The position numbers and the translations under genes were made by a program. A model generated the notes under the pieces. The model saw only the letters and a program-made list of their open reading frames with translations, was not told the origin of the DNA and ran no database searches. A stretch of 63,982 bases of DNA, the filler included, from Basidiobolus ranarum (lineage: Eukaryota): NCBI GenBank assembly GCA_040143965.1. It is 3 parts of 3 records of this genome, joined end to end, with 100 filler letters (N's around TTAATTAATTAA, not from the genome) between each part and the next. Parts side by side here need not be neighbours in the genome. Positions count along the whole stretch, not along the records: positions 46,488 to 63,982 come from JASJQH010000303.1; 2 more parts are not named here. One strand, 5' to 3'. This document shows, one piece after another, positions 52,106 to 62,671 of the stretch (its first letter is position 1; every line of letters starts with the position of its first letter).

Positions 52106-54051
52106 CACTCAAATATTAGTATTTTTGAAATGTAAATTTCTTAAAACTAGCCACAAATAAATAAGTCATATTATAGCACAAATGAGCAAGTCTCAATAGC
52201 CAACTGCCACTGGGTTGAACCAAGTGAAATTGCTAAATGTCTTTTATGTTTACCACCATAATCCAGGGTACTCTACACCTGACAATCACAGCATTTGCTC
52301 AACATCTATATATAGCTAGCAACATCAGTGACACTCAGCCTTGAACAATCCTTGGTATTCAACAAAAATAAAGTCCCCAACTCCATACCACTGACCAATT
52401 GTTTGCATGCTACTATTGTGCATCAACTTTGTAAATATTTGAATACCTTAGTTTATGATGTTATATATCATGTGATAAGATCATTAGGGTTATAAATTGA
52501 CCAATTGACTTTATTTAATTGTGGTATTTTTGTAGGGTTGATCAGGGGGAATTGAAGTCCCGTTCCTGGCAGATTTGGCAGTGTGGCAATTTGTAGACTT
52601 ATAAATATGAGGATGATGAACCATTTCGATGTCTTTTGACTTTTATCTCTGATGGTGGTTTGCTTCAAAATATCTACCTATAGCTGAATATTAGTATGAA
52701 ATTGTGTCTCTAAAGTTTAGTAACGATTCTTGCAGGAGTTCTGGAGATATTTGCATCTCTGCGAAGTTCAGGGCCAGGGCCTGCTAATGAGCTATATGTT
52801 TGCAGAATACCAAGTTAATTCAGGCAATATAATGTCTTCGAAATTTCCATCTCTTTTTGTTCAGTAATGCTATTTGTTGCCACTTGTAGTTCTCTCTTCT
52901 TTGTTTTCTTTAGGTTACATTATTCACTATGTATTACTACATCCAGTATTTTTTGTAATGAACTTTCAAATGAATGGTTTACTCTTTGAATGTTCAACTG
53001 GAGGAAAATACACTATGAATATAATCTTTGCTTTAACAATTTGAGCTCGAGAACTAAACTAAATACCCTTAGTTATTCTTTTTTGACTTTACATGTTTAG
53101 ATGAACTTCTGCTTAATCATAGTGATTGATTAAAAAAACCCAGGGGTGCTTCAAAAATATAACCCTAGTATTTCAATTGCTTAATCGATTCATCTACTTA
53201 GACTTCCTAAATTCTCTAAATCTACAAGGCAATCACAGTGAGGACAATGTCAAAAAAATAGAAGAATTTCATGGTGATAGGACAGAGTCGAAATAACCAA
53301 TCAAGTTTAAGTTATTACTCAACTCCAATGAACCATCACAGACCATCATAACCCACCAAGAAAGCACTGTGAATATCCCTATCAATAGTAACTTCTTACC
53401 ATGAGTCAAAGCTCCAACAAACGGTAATCAAGGCAAATCTTGATTTTATCAAATAATCATTTTTCTACACGGAAATTAGATATTGAATTTTACTAGTAAC
53501 CATGCTACCTAGGCTAATCAACTATCTATATCTGCTAACTAAGCATCTATCTATCTACTTTTAGTTCTGCTCCATCGCAAGATTATTCCATATCGACTAT
53601 TAATCATTTGTAATCATCGATCTATAATCGGATTGCATCATTATTTCTCTTTTATCATCATTTTATTATTGATTATAACCTGACTTAATTAGTATTACTT
53701 GATATATACCTGGCAATGCTTTTCATCTCCCCTAAGCTATACTGATCAGTTGGCTGATCAATTGGCCCTGCATTAATTTCAACTTAGGATAACTATACCT
53801 ATTTGGGAGCTATTGTCCTTCCTAAGTGACTCTATGGGATATAATCCAGTTCTTATTAAGGAAGGATTGTTTAATGAGTAGACAACTGGGATTCTAAGTT
53901 CGAATAGAGGATAGGGTGCATATGAGGATAGGGTGCATATACAGAAGCAAAAAACTCACATCTCTGGTTGAATATATTACATAAGTGAATTTATTGACGA
54001 TGTCTGCTAATAACAATGAATGAAACTTCTTAAAATACATGGAAAAGGGTG

Positions 54052-55059
54052 TCATGAGACACTGAGAGCAGAAGTGTTGAGGTTTGCATTGGTACCCATG
54101 AGATCACTTAGATACGAGCCATAGGTTCTACCGCTCTGGATGCTCAACTTCTTGAACGAATCCTTATGTTCACCAGTTTGGGTACCGATATCTGATCTCA
54201 CTTTAAAAGAACTCAAGTGGAAATTCAATGGAACCGAGCATGAGTGCTTATTGATTGAGGTAGCATGAGTATTGTCTGGACGACGAATGATAGAATCTAC
54301 ATTGGATCCTGGAAAACTACTTTTAATCGGATCCACAGAAGAATAACTTTTACTGAGATAACAAGCATTCCGGAATTCCATTGAGCTAAATATAATAGGT
54401 GAGGACTCTTCTGAAGCGGTAGGGGTCATAGGTGGTGACCAAGACTGAGTGAAAACACCATCCATACTAGACCAAGGTGAATCCGGTGTGATATATTCGG
54501 TTACTTTCACCTCTGGAATATATAACACCGGTTTAGTCTTATTCAACAGAGAATCGGCAAAGCTTTGTAATTCATGAGAACTGATAGTCACATTGAAACG
54601 GTTCAATTTCAGGAATTCTATCTCCAAATAATTCAACTCGGAAACTGTCAACCCACCGACTTTAGAATATCTGGTATTGGTGTAAAAGATATCGGAGAAG
54701 AACTTGGTAGAGATCATAATGGCGACAATTATAAATCTATGAATATTGTATGAGTCGATAGCAAAGGTGCTGTCGTCGGCCATATTACTCATTCGCTCTA
54801 TATACACCATAATAGCAATGAGACAATCATTGGTGCAAGGACAATACTTCAAGATTCGTGCCAAATAATCCGGAATATCGATAGAAGGGATCTTACGAGC
54901 GTGAAAAGGCGTATATGCTGGACAGTAGCGAGTACCCGTAGTCTGGTCATAAGAGTGTACGATATTTCTATCGTTCTTTTCAACTATCTCAACAAGATAT
55001 TCAGCGAGTAAGGTGATGGTATCGGAGACAGGGTGGTCAACAAAATTAAAGGAGTTCAT
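54052..55059 (-). CDS. Pho80/Pcl-type cyclin, intronless paralog of 1360-2299
   Basis: CPAYTPFHARKIPSIDIPDYLARILKYCPC and NIHRFIIVAIMISTKFFSDIFYTNTRYSKVGG...ELNYLEIEFL. First ATG at 55059 aligns with the paralog start. Confidence 0.9.
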   Translation of the reverse strand: MNSFNFVDHPVSDTITLLAEYLVEIVEKNDRNIVHSYDQTTGTRYCPAYTPFHARKIPSIDIPDYLARILKYCPCTNDCLIAIMVYIERMSNMADDSTFAIDSYNIHRFIIVAIMISTKFFSDIFYTNTRYSKVGGLTVSELNYLEIEFLKLNRFNVTISSHELQSFADSLLNKTKPVLYIPEVKVTEYITPDSPWSSMDGVFTQSWSPPMTPTASEESSPIIFSSMEFRNACYLSKSYSSVDPIKSSFPGSNVDSIIRRPDNTHATSINKHSCSVPLNFHLSSFKVRSDIGTQTGEHKDSFKKLSIQSGRTYGSYLSDLMGTNANLNTSALSVS

Positions 55060-56741
55060 TATGCGGAGTGGTAATATGAAAAAGGAGGATAAAAACAAGC
55101 GGTCGGTAAAATTTACAGTGTCAGTTACTACAGACTTTCAGATAAAGTAGTTATTCTGTGGACGTTGGTTCTTTCGATGAAACGTCGCCTTATTTACAAC
55201 GTACTCAGGTGAGATACAGAATGGCCTCAAGTTATAACCAAGATAGTGTTATATAGATTGAAATCACGAATCACTCCAGTAGTGTCAAACTAGATGGAGA
55301 GAGGAAGGAGATGTGAGGCTGCAACTTATGTCAAATGAGGGAGTGGCGGCTATTTATTCAACAATCCCAAGGAAGGGTAGAAAAATTTTATAAGGCAGTT
55401 TCTTGCTTGGGACTGGTTTCGTATCCTTAATCAAGCCATCTAATCAGGATCTCAGTATGGGAGAGGGCATCATAATAGTGAAAGTAACAAATATGGTTAG
55501 GATCAGAAAATACATGTTACAGAAGTGTGATACAATACATTCGATATGAGCCCTAGTTACTATAGATATGATTCCTGTGAACCCGTATCCCTTTCCCAAA
55601 CCGATGGAAAGTTCTGCATCGCCCCTGTTCCATTTGCAAACTATCATTTAATCAATACACTCATTTAGGTTTAGTTTAGGTAGGGCTTGGATTTAACTTG
55701 GATATATTGATTGTTTGGCCTTTGTGTTAATTTTACCAATTTAGTACCAGGTCGAGACTCTGAAAGTAGGGTTAGGGTTGAACCTGTTTACTAATCTAGA
55801 TACGTTCATTGGTCTGGATGATCAGTTGATCATTGGCCTAGAGTCCGCCAATTTGCCGATTGATCTGCCAAGCTCAAATGGCTGTGGAATGGATGTTTAT
55901 TACATTTATGCATTATTTATCAGACATACTACGAAACCAAAATGCAATGATAAAACAAGACAAAAATACATCGTAAACCCCCAAAATAGATCGTAAGCCC
56001 CAAAAATACTTTTTCTGATTGAGTGCTGACATGGCAGTTGTGTGATTGGATGCGTATACCAGGGGACATGTGGAAATAGGCATCCGGATTCAGGGCTTAG
56101 GGAACTAAGAATAGCTCAGCATGAAAATGTGATTATCTTAAACTGCTAATCGCTCTAAATGAGACAAAGCTAAACATGGTTAAATATTTAGTCCAGCCGG
56201 GGGTCCCGGATAATGGCTGAGGCTTAGATGAGTATTGTTTACTCTCTGTTAGGGTTAGGGTTAGTCTATTCAATACATGGAATATATAGTCAAGTAGTTC
56301 TTGTAGATCCCTTAAGATCCCTTAAAAATCACCGATATTTTCAAGGATCGAAAATACGAATATGAACTTAGGTTAGGTTCTTTGATCTTTTTGTTCTCCC
56401 AGCTTCTTCGCACTTCTACTACTCAAATCCAGCTTATAAAGGTAGCGAAAATATTAAATATCAAAGTAATATGTTAATCAGATTCATTTACTGATTCTAT
56501 GTGATGATCACTCTAAGAGTTCGACTGTATTTGGTCAGTGCTTTTCCTGTGCGAGTTGAAGGAGATGAATTTAATATTAAGAGCCAATGGTCGGTTCCCA
56601 TTTTTATTAGTGCTCTTTAACAGTTGCTAAGGTCAACTTGGGAGAGAGAAGGGTGGTATTATAAAAGTATGGAGGTTTTCTCTGGTGACAGTACCTCACT
56701 GGTGTCTTAATTATCTAATCTTAATCTACCCTTTAACAACA

Positions 56742-58262
56742 ATGTCTTCTGCTTCTTGGATCGCTTTCACCTCCAGTGAATCTGGCGCTTATGTTAAAAT
56801 CAACACCGTTGAACTCCTTACCAAGTTCGTCGAGGAGATCTCCTCCAATGATGCTTTTGCTAAGGCTTTGAAGGGTCTTGATGTGAGCCCCTTGTTTTTC
56901 CGAGGTGTTCAGGCCCCCAAAGCCGAAGAAGATGAAGAATCCGACATTCATGAATGCAATGCCGAAGATTCCAAGCCTTGTCTTTTCGGTGATTCTCAAT
57001 TAATCACTATCATCGAGAAATGCTCCAACCTCGAAGTCCTCTGCATCGGTTACGGTCCCCAAATCATTAAAGCTGGTGACCTCATTAATATCTCTGGTCC
57101 TGAAACCGGAATTGACACTACCAACGGACCTTCTTGTTTGACTGAAGAGGCTTTAAAGAGAGTCGCTGAGCTCTCCAAGTTGGAAATCTTGAACTTGTAC
57201 GGCTGTGACAATCTTAGCCAAGATATCGTCGCACAAATTGGTGTTGGCTGTCCTAACCTCAAGCAACTTTGCATTGATGGTGAGGATGATGATGATGATG
57301 AGGACGATGGTTTCGAAGATGTTACCGATGACGAGGAACAAGAAGGTGAGGCTGCTGAAGAAAAGCCAACTGAGACTGAGGTTGAAGAAGAAGAGGAGGG
57401 GAGACCTTGGACCGTTGAAGACTGGAAGGCTTTCCAAAACCTTGAAGTTTTGTCCGCCGACAGTGTTGAACTCGATGTTATTGCTGAGCTTCCAAAACTC
57501 ACTCATATTCAAATCTATCCTTTCGCCAAACAAGAAGTTTTGAAGAAGTTTATTGAAGCTAATGCTGACAAACTTCAATATATCAATGTTACCGAAGAGT
57601 ATGATTATGAAGAAGCCGAGGATGTCTCTGTTTCCCACTCTCGCATGCCATCGGAAATCCTTAAGTGCTCCAAGCTTGAATCTTTCAATACTGATGTCTT
57701 CGATCACACTGAGGCACATGCCGAAGGTTTCTTCGATAAAATTGTCGATTCTTTCCCCAACTTGAAGCATTTGGAGATTGCCGCTGATGCTGAAGTTGCT
57801 AGCACCACTCAGATCATCGTTTCCAAGTTGACTAAATTGGAATCCCTCGTTTGGGAGTCTGAAGACATTACCGATGAGACTGTCGAGGCAATTGTCAAAT
57901 CTCTTACCAATCTTCGCAATCTCCAACTTACTTTCAGTGAGAAGCTTAGCGAGACCACTGTCGCTCTCATCGCTGAAAACTTGAAGAGCCTTGAACAACT
58001 CAACGTTAACAGCATCACTCCCGCTAGCTTTGAACTTTTCAAGAACAACTGCCCCCATCTCTTTGAAGTTGGTGTGATCCAAGGTGACGAACTCAAGAAG
58101 GAGCATCTTGCTGACATCAACGCCAAACTCCCCAACCTTCACAGTCTCTGTGTTGGTGGCGAGATTGCCGAAGAGATGATCGAAGCTCTTATGGAGGTTG
58201 TTCCTGAAGTCGAGTACCATATTGATGGGTTGGATGTTGAAGAAGAGTCTGACGAGGAATAG
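56742..58262 (+). CDS. Very acidic RNI-like leucine-rich-repeat protein, copy 1, intronless
   Basis: Repeats such as CSNLEVLCI, LSKLEILNLYGC, CPNLKQLCI, FPNLKHLEI and LTNLRNLQL; internal D/E tract; ATG in ACAACAATG context; TATAAAA at ~56660. Confidence 0.85.
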   Translation: MSSASWIAFTSSESGAYVKINTVELLTKFVEEISSNDAFAKALKGLDVSPLFFRGVQAPKAEEDEESDIHECNAEDSKPCLFGDSQLITIIEKCSNLEVLCIGYGPQIIKAGDLINISGPETGIDTTNGPSCLTEEALKRVAELSKLEILNLYGCDNLSQDIVAQIGVGCPNLKQLCIDGEDDDDDEDDGFEDVTDDEEQEGEAAEEKPTETEVEEEEEGRPWTVEDWKAFQNLEVLSADSVELDVIAELPKLTHIQIYPFAKQEVLKKFIEANADKLQYINVTEEYDYEEAEDVSVSHSRMPSEILKCSKLESFNTDVFDHTEAHAEGFFDKIVDSFPNLKHLEIAADAEVASTTQIIVSKLTKLESLVWESEDITDETVEAIVKSLTNLRNLQLTFSEKLSETTVALIAENLKSLEQLNVNSITPASFELFKNNCPHLFEVGVIQGDELKKEHLADINAKLPNLHSLCVGGEIAEEMIEALMEVVPEVEYHIDGLDVEEESDEE

Positions 58263-58547
58263 ATCTCAACACATCCATACATGACTATAATAGACCATCC
58301 ATTATATATATTAGTGTAATTTAGTGACATCTAATCGACTAACTCTACCAAGTTGTTAGGCTTCAAATTATTATTTTCGATTAGATTCACAATGACCTTT
58401 CATAACTTGGCATTTTCATCATCATATCCTTAATCGCTCAATAAACCACCTCAAATCTAATACAAACTAGCTCGTAGATCAATATTTATATATTGTCCTT
58501 ATTCACACTATCCCAAGACCGTATTCATATTATTCTTAGGCGCACAG

Positions 58548-58612
58548 AATACGGTTAAAAGCATACTAGAATGATTATGAATACGGTTAAAAGCATACTA
58601 GAATGATCATGA
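58548..58612. repeat. Direct tandem duplication of ~32 bp (AATACGGTTAAAAGCATACTAGAATGAT x2)
   Basis: Two near-perfect adjacent copies between the LRR genes. Confidence 0.8.
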
Positions 58613-59019
58613 ACAATTGTTTGGATCGTTTTCGAGTAATAAATTGCATTATAAATTGGATTACAGCGTTGAATTTTATCGAGTGTGAATTTTATCGAGT
58701 GATGGAGTAGTTGATTTCTTAGATTTCAAGACTGCTTGTGAAGTGCGAAAAGCTCAGAGCACAAATTTTTGGCTCAATCTCTAGCACAAGTTACTGTATT
58801 TAGTCGCATTTATATTTTGTACATTTGTTGTGGAATGGGATACTACATCCCACCAATCATCTGTCCCGGTGTTTATTGCATTATAAAAGATCAACTCTAC
58901 CTTAGTCTCTGCAAGTTTCACTATAAATGACCTGTGTGTGATCTCTGTTTCGATACTGCCTCTATCGGGTTGACGATTCATTTCGATTTTTAATCTAATC
59001 CTTAACTTAATTCCTAAAG

Positions 59020-60540
59020 ATGTCTTGCTATAATTGGATTGCTTTCGCCTCCAGTGAATCTGGTGCTTATGTTAAAATCAACACTGTTGAACTTCTTACC
59101 AAGTTCGTCGAGGAGATCTCCTCCAATGATGCTTTCGCTAAGGCTTTGAAAGGTCTTGATGTGAGCCCATTGTTTATTCGTGTTGCTGTTCCAGACAGAG
59201 AAGAGGCTGATACCCATGAATGTAATGCTGAAGACGCTAAGCCTTGTCTTTTCAGCGACTCCCAATTGACCACCGTTATTGAGAAGTGCTCCAACCTCGA
59301 AGTCCTCTGCATCGGTTACGGTCCCCAAATCATTGAAGCTGGTGTCCTTTTGAACGTTTCAGGACCTGAAGCTGGATTCAACACCGTCAATGGACCATCT
59401 TGTTTGACCGAAGAAGCTTTAAACAGAGTTGCTGAGCTCTCCAAGTTGGAAATCTTGAACTTGTACGGCTGTGACAATCTTAGCCAAGATGCCGTTGCAC
59501 AAATCGGTCGCGGTTGTCCTAACCTCAAGCAACTTTGCATTGATGGCGAAGATGATGAAGAGGATGATGATGATTTTGAGGATATCTTAGATGAAGATGA
59601 GAAACCAGAAGATGCTGAAGTCAAACCTACTGAGCCTGAGGTTGAGGAAGAACAAGAGGAGGAGAGACCTTGGACTGTTGAAGACTGGAAGGCTTTCCAA
59701 AACCTTGAGGTCTTGTCCGCCGACAGTGTTGAACTCGATGTTATTGCTGAGCTTCCTAAGCTCACTCACGTTCAAATCTATCCATTTGCTGAGCCAGAAC
59801 TTTTGAAAAAGTTCATTGTAAGCCATGCTGATACTCTTCGTTACACTAACGTTACTGAAGAGTACACTTATGTTGATGTTGAAGATTCTGATGATACTCC
59901 CATTCCTCATCATAAGTTACCAACCGAGATTCTCGGATGTGCTAAGCTTGAATCCTTCAACATGAATGTGTACGATTACACCGAAGCTCATGCTGATGGT
60001 TTCTTGGAGAAAGTCATTGAATCTTTCCCCAACTTGAAGCACTTGGAACTTCCCCATGATGGTGATGTTTCCAGTATCCTTGCCGCTGTTACCTCCAAAT
60101 TGACCAACTTGGAAACTCTCATCTGGGATTCCGAGGAGATCACCGATGAGGTTGTTGCTTCCATCTCTAAAGCACTCCCCAACCTTCGTAACTTCCTTCT
60201 TGCTTTTGGCGAGCAAGTTACAGATGTCGGAGTCGCCGCTATCGCCGATAATTTGAAGAGTTTGGAACAACTTTCTCTCCCTATCATTAGCCCTGATAGC
60301 TTAAACGTTTTGAAGAACCAATGCTCTAATTTGGTTGAGTTTGGCATCGTTCACAGTGACAGCCTTACCAAGGAACATATCCAAGACCTTAAGGCTAAGC
60401 TTCCTAACCTTCGTGGTATCTGCATTACTGGAGATATTGAGAAAGAGGTGATCGAAGTATTGATGGCCCAAGTACCTGAGGTTCAATATCACCTTGAAGG
60501 ATTAGGTGATGATGATGAAGAGGAAGTTGACGAAGAATAA
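59020..60540 (+). CDS. Very acidic RNI-like leucine-rich-repeat protein, copy 2 (tandem paralog)
   Basis: Collinear with copy 1 over 506 aa; TATAAA at ~58922. Confidence 0.85.
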   Translation: MSCYNWIAFASSESGAYVKINTVELLTKFVEEISSNDAFAKALKGLDVSPLFIRVAVPDREEADTHECNAEDAKPCLFSDSQLTTVIEKCSNLEVLCIGYGPQIIEAGVLLNVSGPEAGFNTVNGPSCLTEEALNRVAELSKLEILNLYGCDNLSQDAVAQIGRGCPNLKQLCIDGEDDEEDDDDFEDILDEDEKPEDAEVKPTEPEVEEEQEEERPWTVEDWKAFQNLEVLSADSVELDVIAELPKLTHVQIYPFAEPELLKKFIVSHADTLRYTNVTEEYTYVDVEDSDDTPIPHHKLPTEILGCAKLESFNMNVYDYTEAHADGFLEKVIESFPNLKHLELPHDGDVSSILAAVTSKLTNLETLIWDSEEITDEVVASISKALPNLRNFLLAFGEQVTDVGVAAIADNLKSLEQLSLPIISPDSLNVLKNQCSNLVEFGIVHSDSLTKEHIQDLKAKLPNLRGICITGDIEKEVIEVLMAQVPEVQYHLEGLGDDDEEEVDEE

Positions 60541-60871
60541 TCTCTCTCTACTTCACCTTATTTCTTAATAATTTATTAATTTCGTGTATAATTTAGTGGA
60601 AATTACTAAGCATGTATCAGTAGCCAGATCTGATCACATGTTCTATTTAGATAGATGACCCATTTTTAAAACCATTTTTAAACAACTATTTAATGAATTT
60701 GGCATAAATCTCTAGAATAAATGAATATTCTGCTTTTGAAGATGCTTTATTTCATATTGATGAGTGATATTTGCAAACAATCTCTAAAAGATGTAGTAGA
60801 GGCCAATGATAATGAATGGTGATATGTATATATTTGATATTCCACAGTGTAGATTAAATGAACGAATGCTT

Positions 60872-62671
60872 TTAAAGTTTAGAGCCGACTCTGGTGTTGG
60901 ACAATTTGTCTAATAATTGGCGGTCTTCCATGGTTAATCGTTTATGTGGGAGAATGGAGGAACCTTCACCTCTGCGTGGAATATCCTTCTCAGAAATTCC
61001 AGTTTCTTTTGAGATTAAGGCAACGACACGTGGTTCACAGAATCTTCCTTGACAAAAGCCCATTCCAGCTCTGGTACGCTTTTTGATAGCGTCTACGGTG
61101 TGAGCAGGTAAAGGTCTATGAATAGCGTCTTTAATTTCCGCTTCGGTCACTCTTTCGCACCTACAGATGATATTTTTGCATGGGTTTGGATCATCGATCT
61201 TGCCGTCAAAGTCTTCATTTTTTGGTACTATCACCGCATTACGATAGGGATTAAAGTTCGGGTTAGGTTCAAGTCCAACCACGACCGATTTGGATGGACA
61301 AGTAGCGCAATTGTTTTTACAAGTCTCTGATGCCTCATCCGTTGAAGAGCATTTGCTTTTGAGTGCACGTCCACGTTGTTGTATGCGTTCCCTAAGAACA
61401 CATCCAGAGATAATATCAGTGACTAACTTGGCGATGGCTGGTGAACTAGTTAGCCCAGGTGAATCAATACCAGCAACATTGATGAATCTCTTGACTTTGG
61501 ATTCTTCGACAATAAAATCATATTGATCCGTCTTGGCTCGGTATCCGGAGAATGAAGTCAACGCCATCTTGGCATTAAATCCAGGAACCAAGTGTCTAGC
61601 AGCATTCAAGATAAATTGTGCTACTTGTTGATTAGTCATGCTCTGGTCTTGATCGATGATATTGCCACCGGGAACTGTTGCTAGAATATCGGCCGAGACG
61701 CTTCGAGAAGTTGGCCCAAGTAAAAGGTTACCATGGAAAGTTGGACTCACTAGGATCCCTTTACCAATGATCTTGTTGGGTAATGGGAATAGTACATGGT
61801 TAGCCAAGTGCCCTTGAGATTTGTCCAAAATAATATATTCTCCCTTTCGAGGAATGATACGGAAATGATCGACACCCACCATGGCTGCCACTTTGTCAGA
61901 GTATCTACCTGCGCAGTTTATTACAAATCTGGCTCGGAAGCTGTTACGAAGGACAGGTGAGTGGGGGTCGGATGGTTGATTGTCGGGTTTAGTATCTTTC
62001 TGTGGTTCCACGTGAGTTGTGGTTATAGTAGTGGTCTTGGTTTTAACCAAGAAATAGGCATTTGGGTCATCCTCATCATTTACTTGACTTTCGTAGCCAA
62101 TTTTATGAGGTAATTTTTGAATATCCACCACTTCATGATTCAATATGAATTCTGCTCCATTTTGAATGGCGTTTTCGGCCAAAGCTATGGTATATTCGTA
62201 TGGTGAGGTGATTCCCGCATCTGGACAATACAAAGCTGAGTGTACGTTAGGGTTAATATTTGGCTCCATGGCAATGATCTCTTCCCGGTTTAGTATGAAC
62301 AAACGGTTTACTCCGTTTGCTTTACCGTTAGCGTATAAAGCCTGCAAAGCTTTCTCATCTTCTTCTGAGAAACCAACCACTAGAGAGCCAACTTGTTTGA
62401 AACCAAAGTGAAGTTCCTTATCTAAGATAGGGAAAAGTTGGTTTCCTTGATGAGCGACGATGGACTTCAAAGTTCCATGCTTCTCGTCGTAACCACCGTG
62501 AACAATACCGGAATTAGCTTTGGAAGCTCCCTGTGAAATATCGTCAGACTTTTCAAGAACCAAGATTTTGAGTTTATATTTACTCAATTCTCGAGCGATA
62601 CTAGAGCCTACAGCTCCAGCACCTATGATGACGACATCATACATGTCGGTATTAGAAATGTTAGTAGACAT
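60872..62671 (-). CDS. FAD-dependent oxidoreductase, GlpA/LhgO-like (DAO family), with C-terminal BFD-like [2Fe-2S] domain, intronless
   Basis: DVVIIGAGAVG, SKANSGIVHGG, PRKGEY, KGILVSPT.HGNLLLGP, GIDSPGLTSSPAIA; C-terminal ICRCERVTEAEI...KKRTRAGMGFCQGRFC. Confidence 0.88.
   Translation of the reverse strand: MSTNISNTDMYDVVIIGAGAVGSSIARELSKYKLKILVLEKSDDISQGASKANSGIVHGGYDEKHGTLKSIVAHQGNQLFPILDKELHFGFKQVGSLVVGFSEEDEKALQALYANGKANGVNRLFILNREEIIAMEPNINPNVHSALYCPDAGITSPYEYTIALAENAIQNGAEFILNHEVVDIQKLPHKIGYESQVNDEDDPNAYFLVKTKTTTITTTHVEPQKDTKPDNQPSDPHSPVLRNSFRARFVINCAGRYSDKVAAMVGVDHFRIIPRKGEYIILDKSQGHLANHVLFPLPNKIIGKGILVSPTFHGNLLLGPTSRSVSADILATVPGGNIIDQDQSMTNQQVAQFILNAARHLVPGFNAKMALTSFSGYRAKTDQYDFIVEESKVKRFINVAGIDSPGLTSSPAIAKLVTDIISGCVLRERIQQRGRALKSKCSSTDEASETCKNNCATCPSKSVVVGLEPNPNFNPYRNAVIVPKNEDFDGKIDDPNPCKNIICRCERVTEAEIKDAIHRPLPAHTVDAIKKRTRAGMGFCQGRFCEPRVVALISKETGISEKDIPRRGEGSSILPHKRLTMEDRQLLDKLSNTRVGSKL

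Noticed and set aside
50845..53050. Coding-like, stop-interrupted stretches flanking the metallopeptidase (also ~47450-48200), considered as a DNA transposon carrying it
   Set aside because: No transposase motif, TIRs or TSD identifiable by eye.
56733..60492. Antisense ORFs up to 355 aa over the LRR genes
   Set aside because: Codon-bias shadows; Ser/Phe/Ile runs mirror the Glu/Asp codons.
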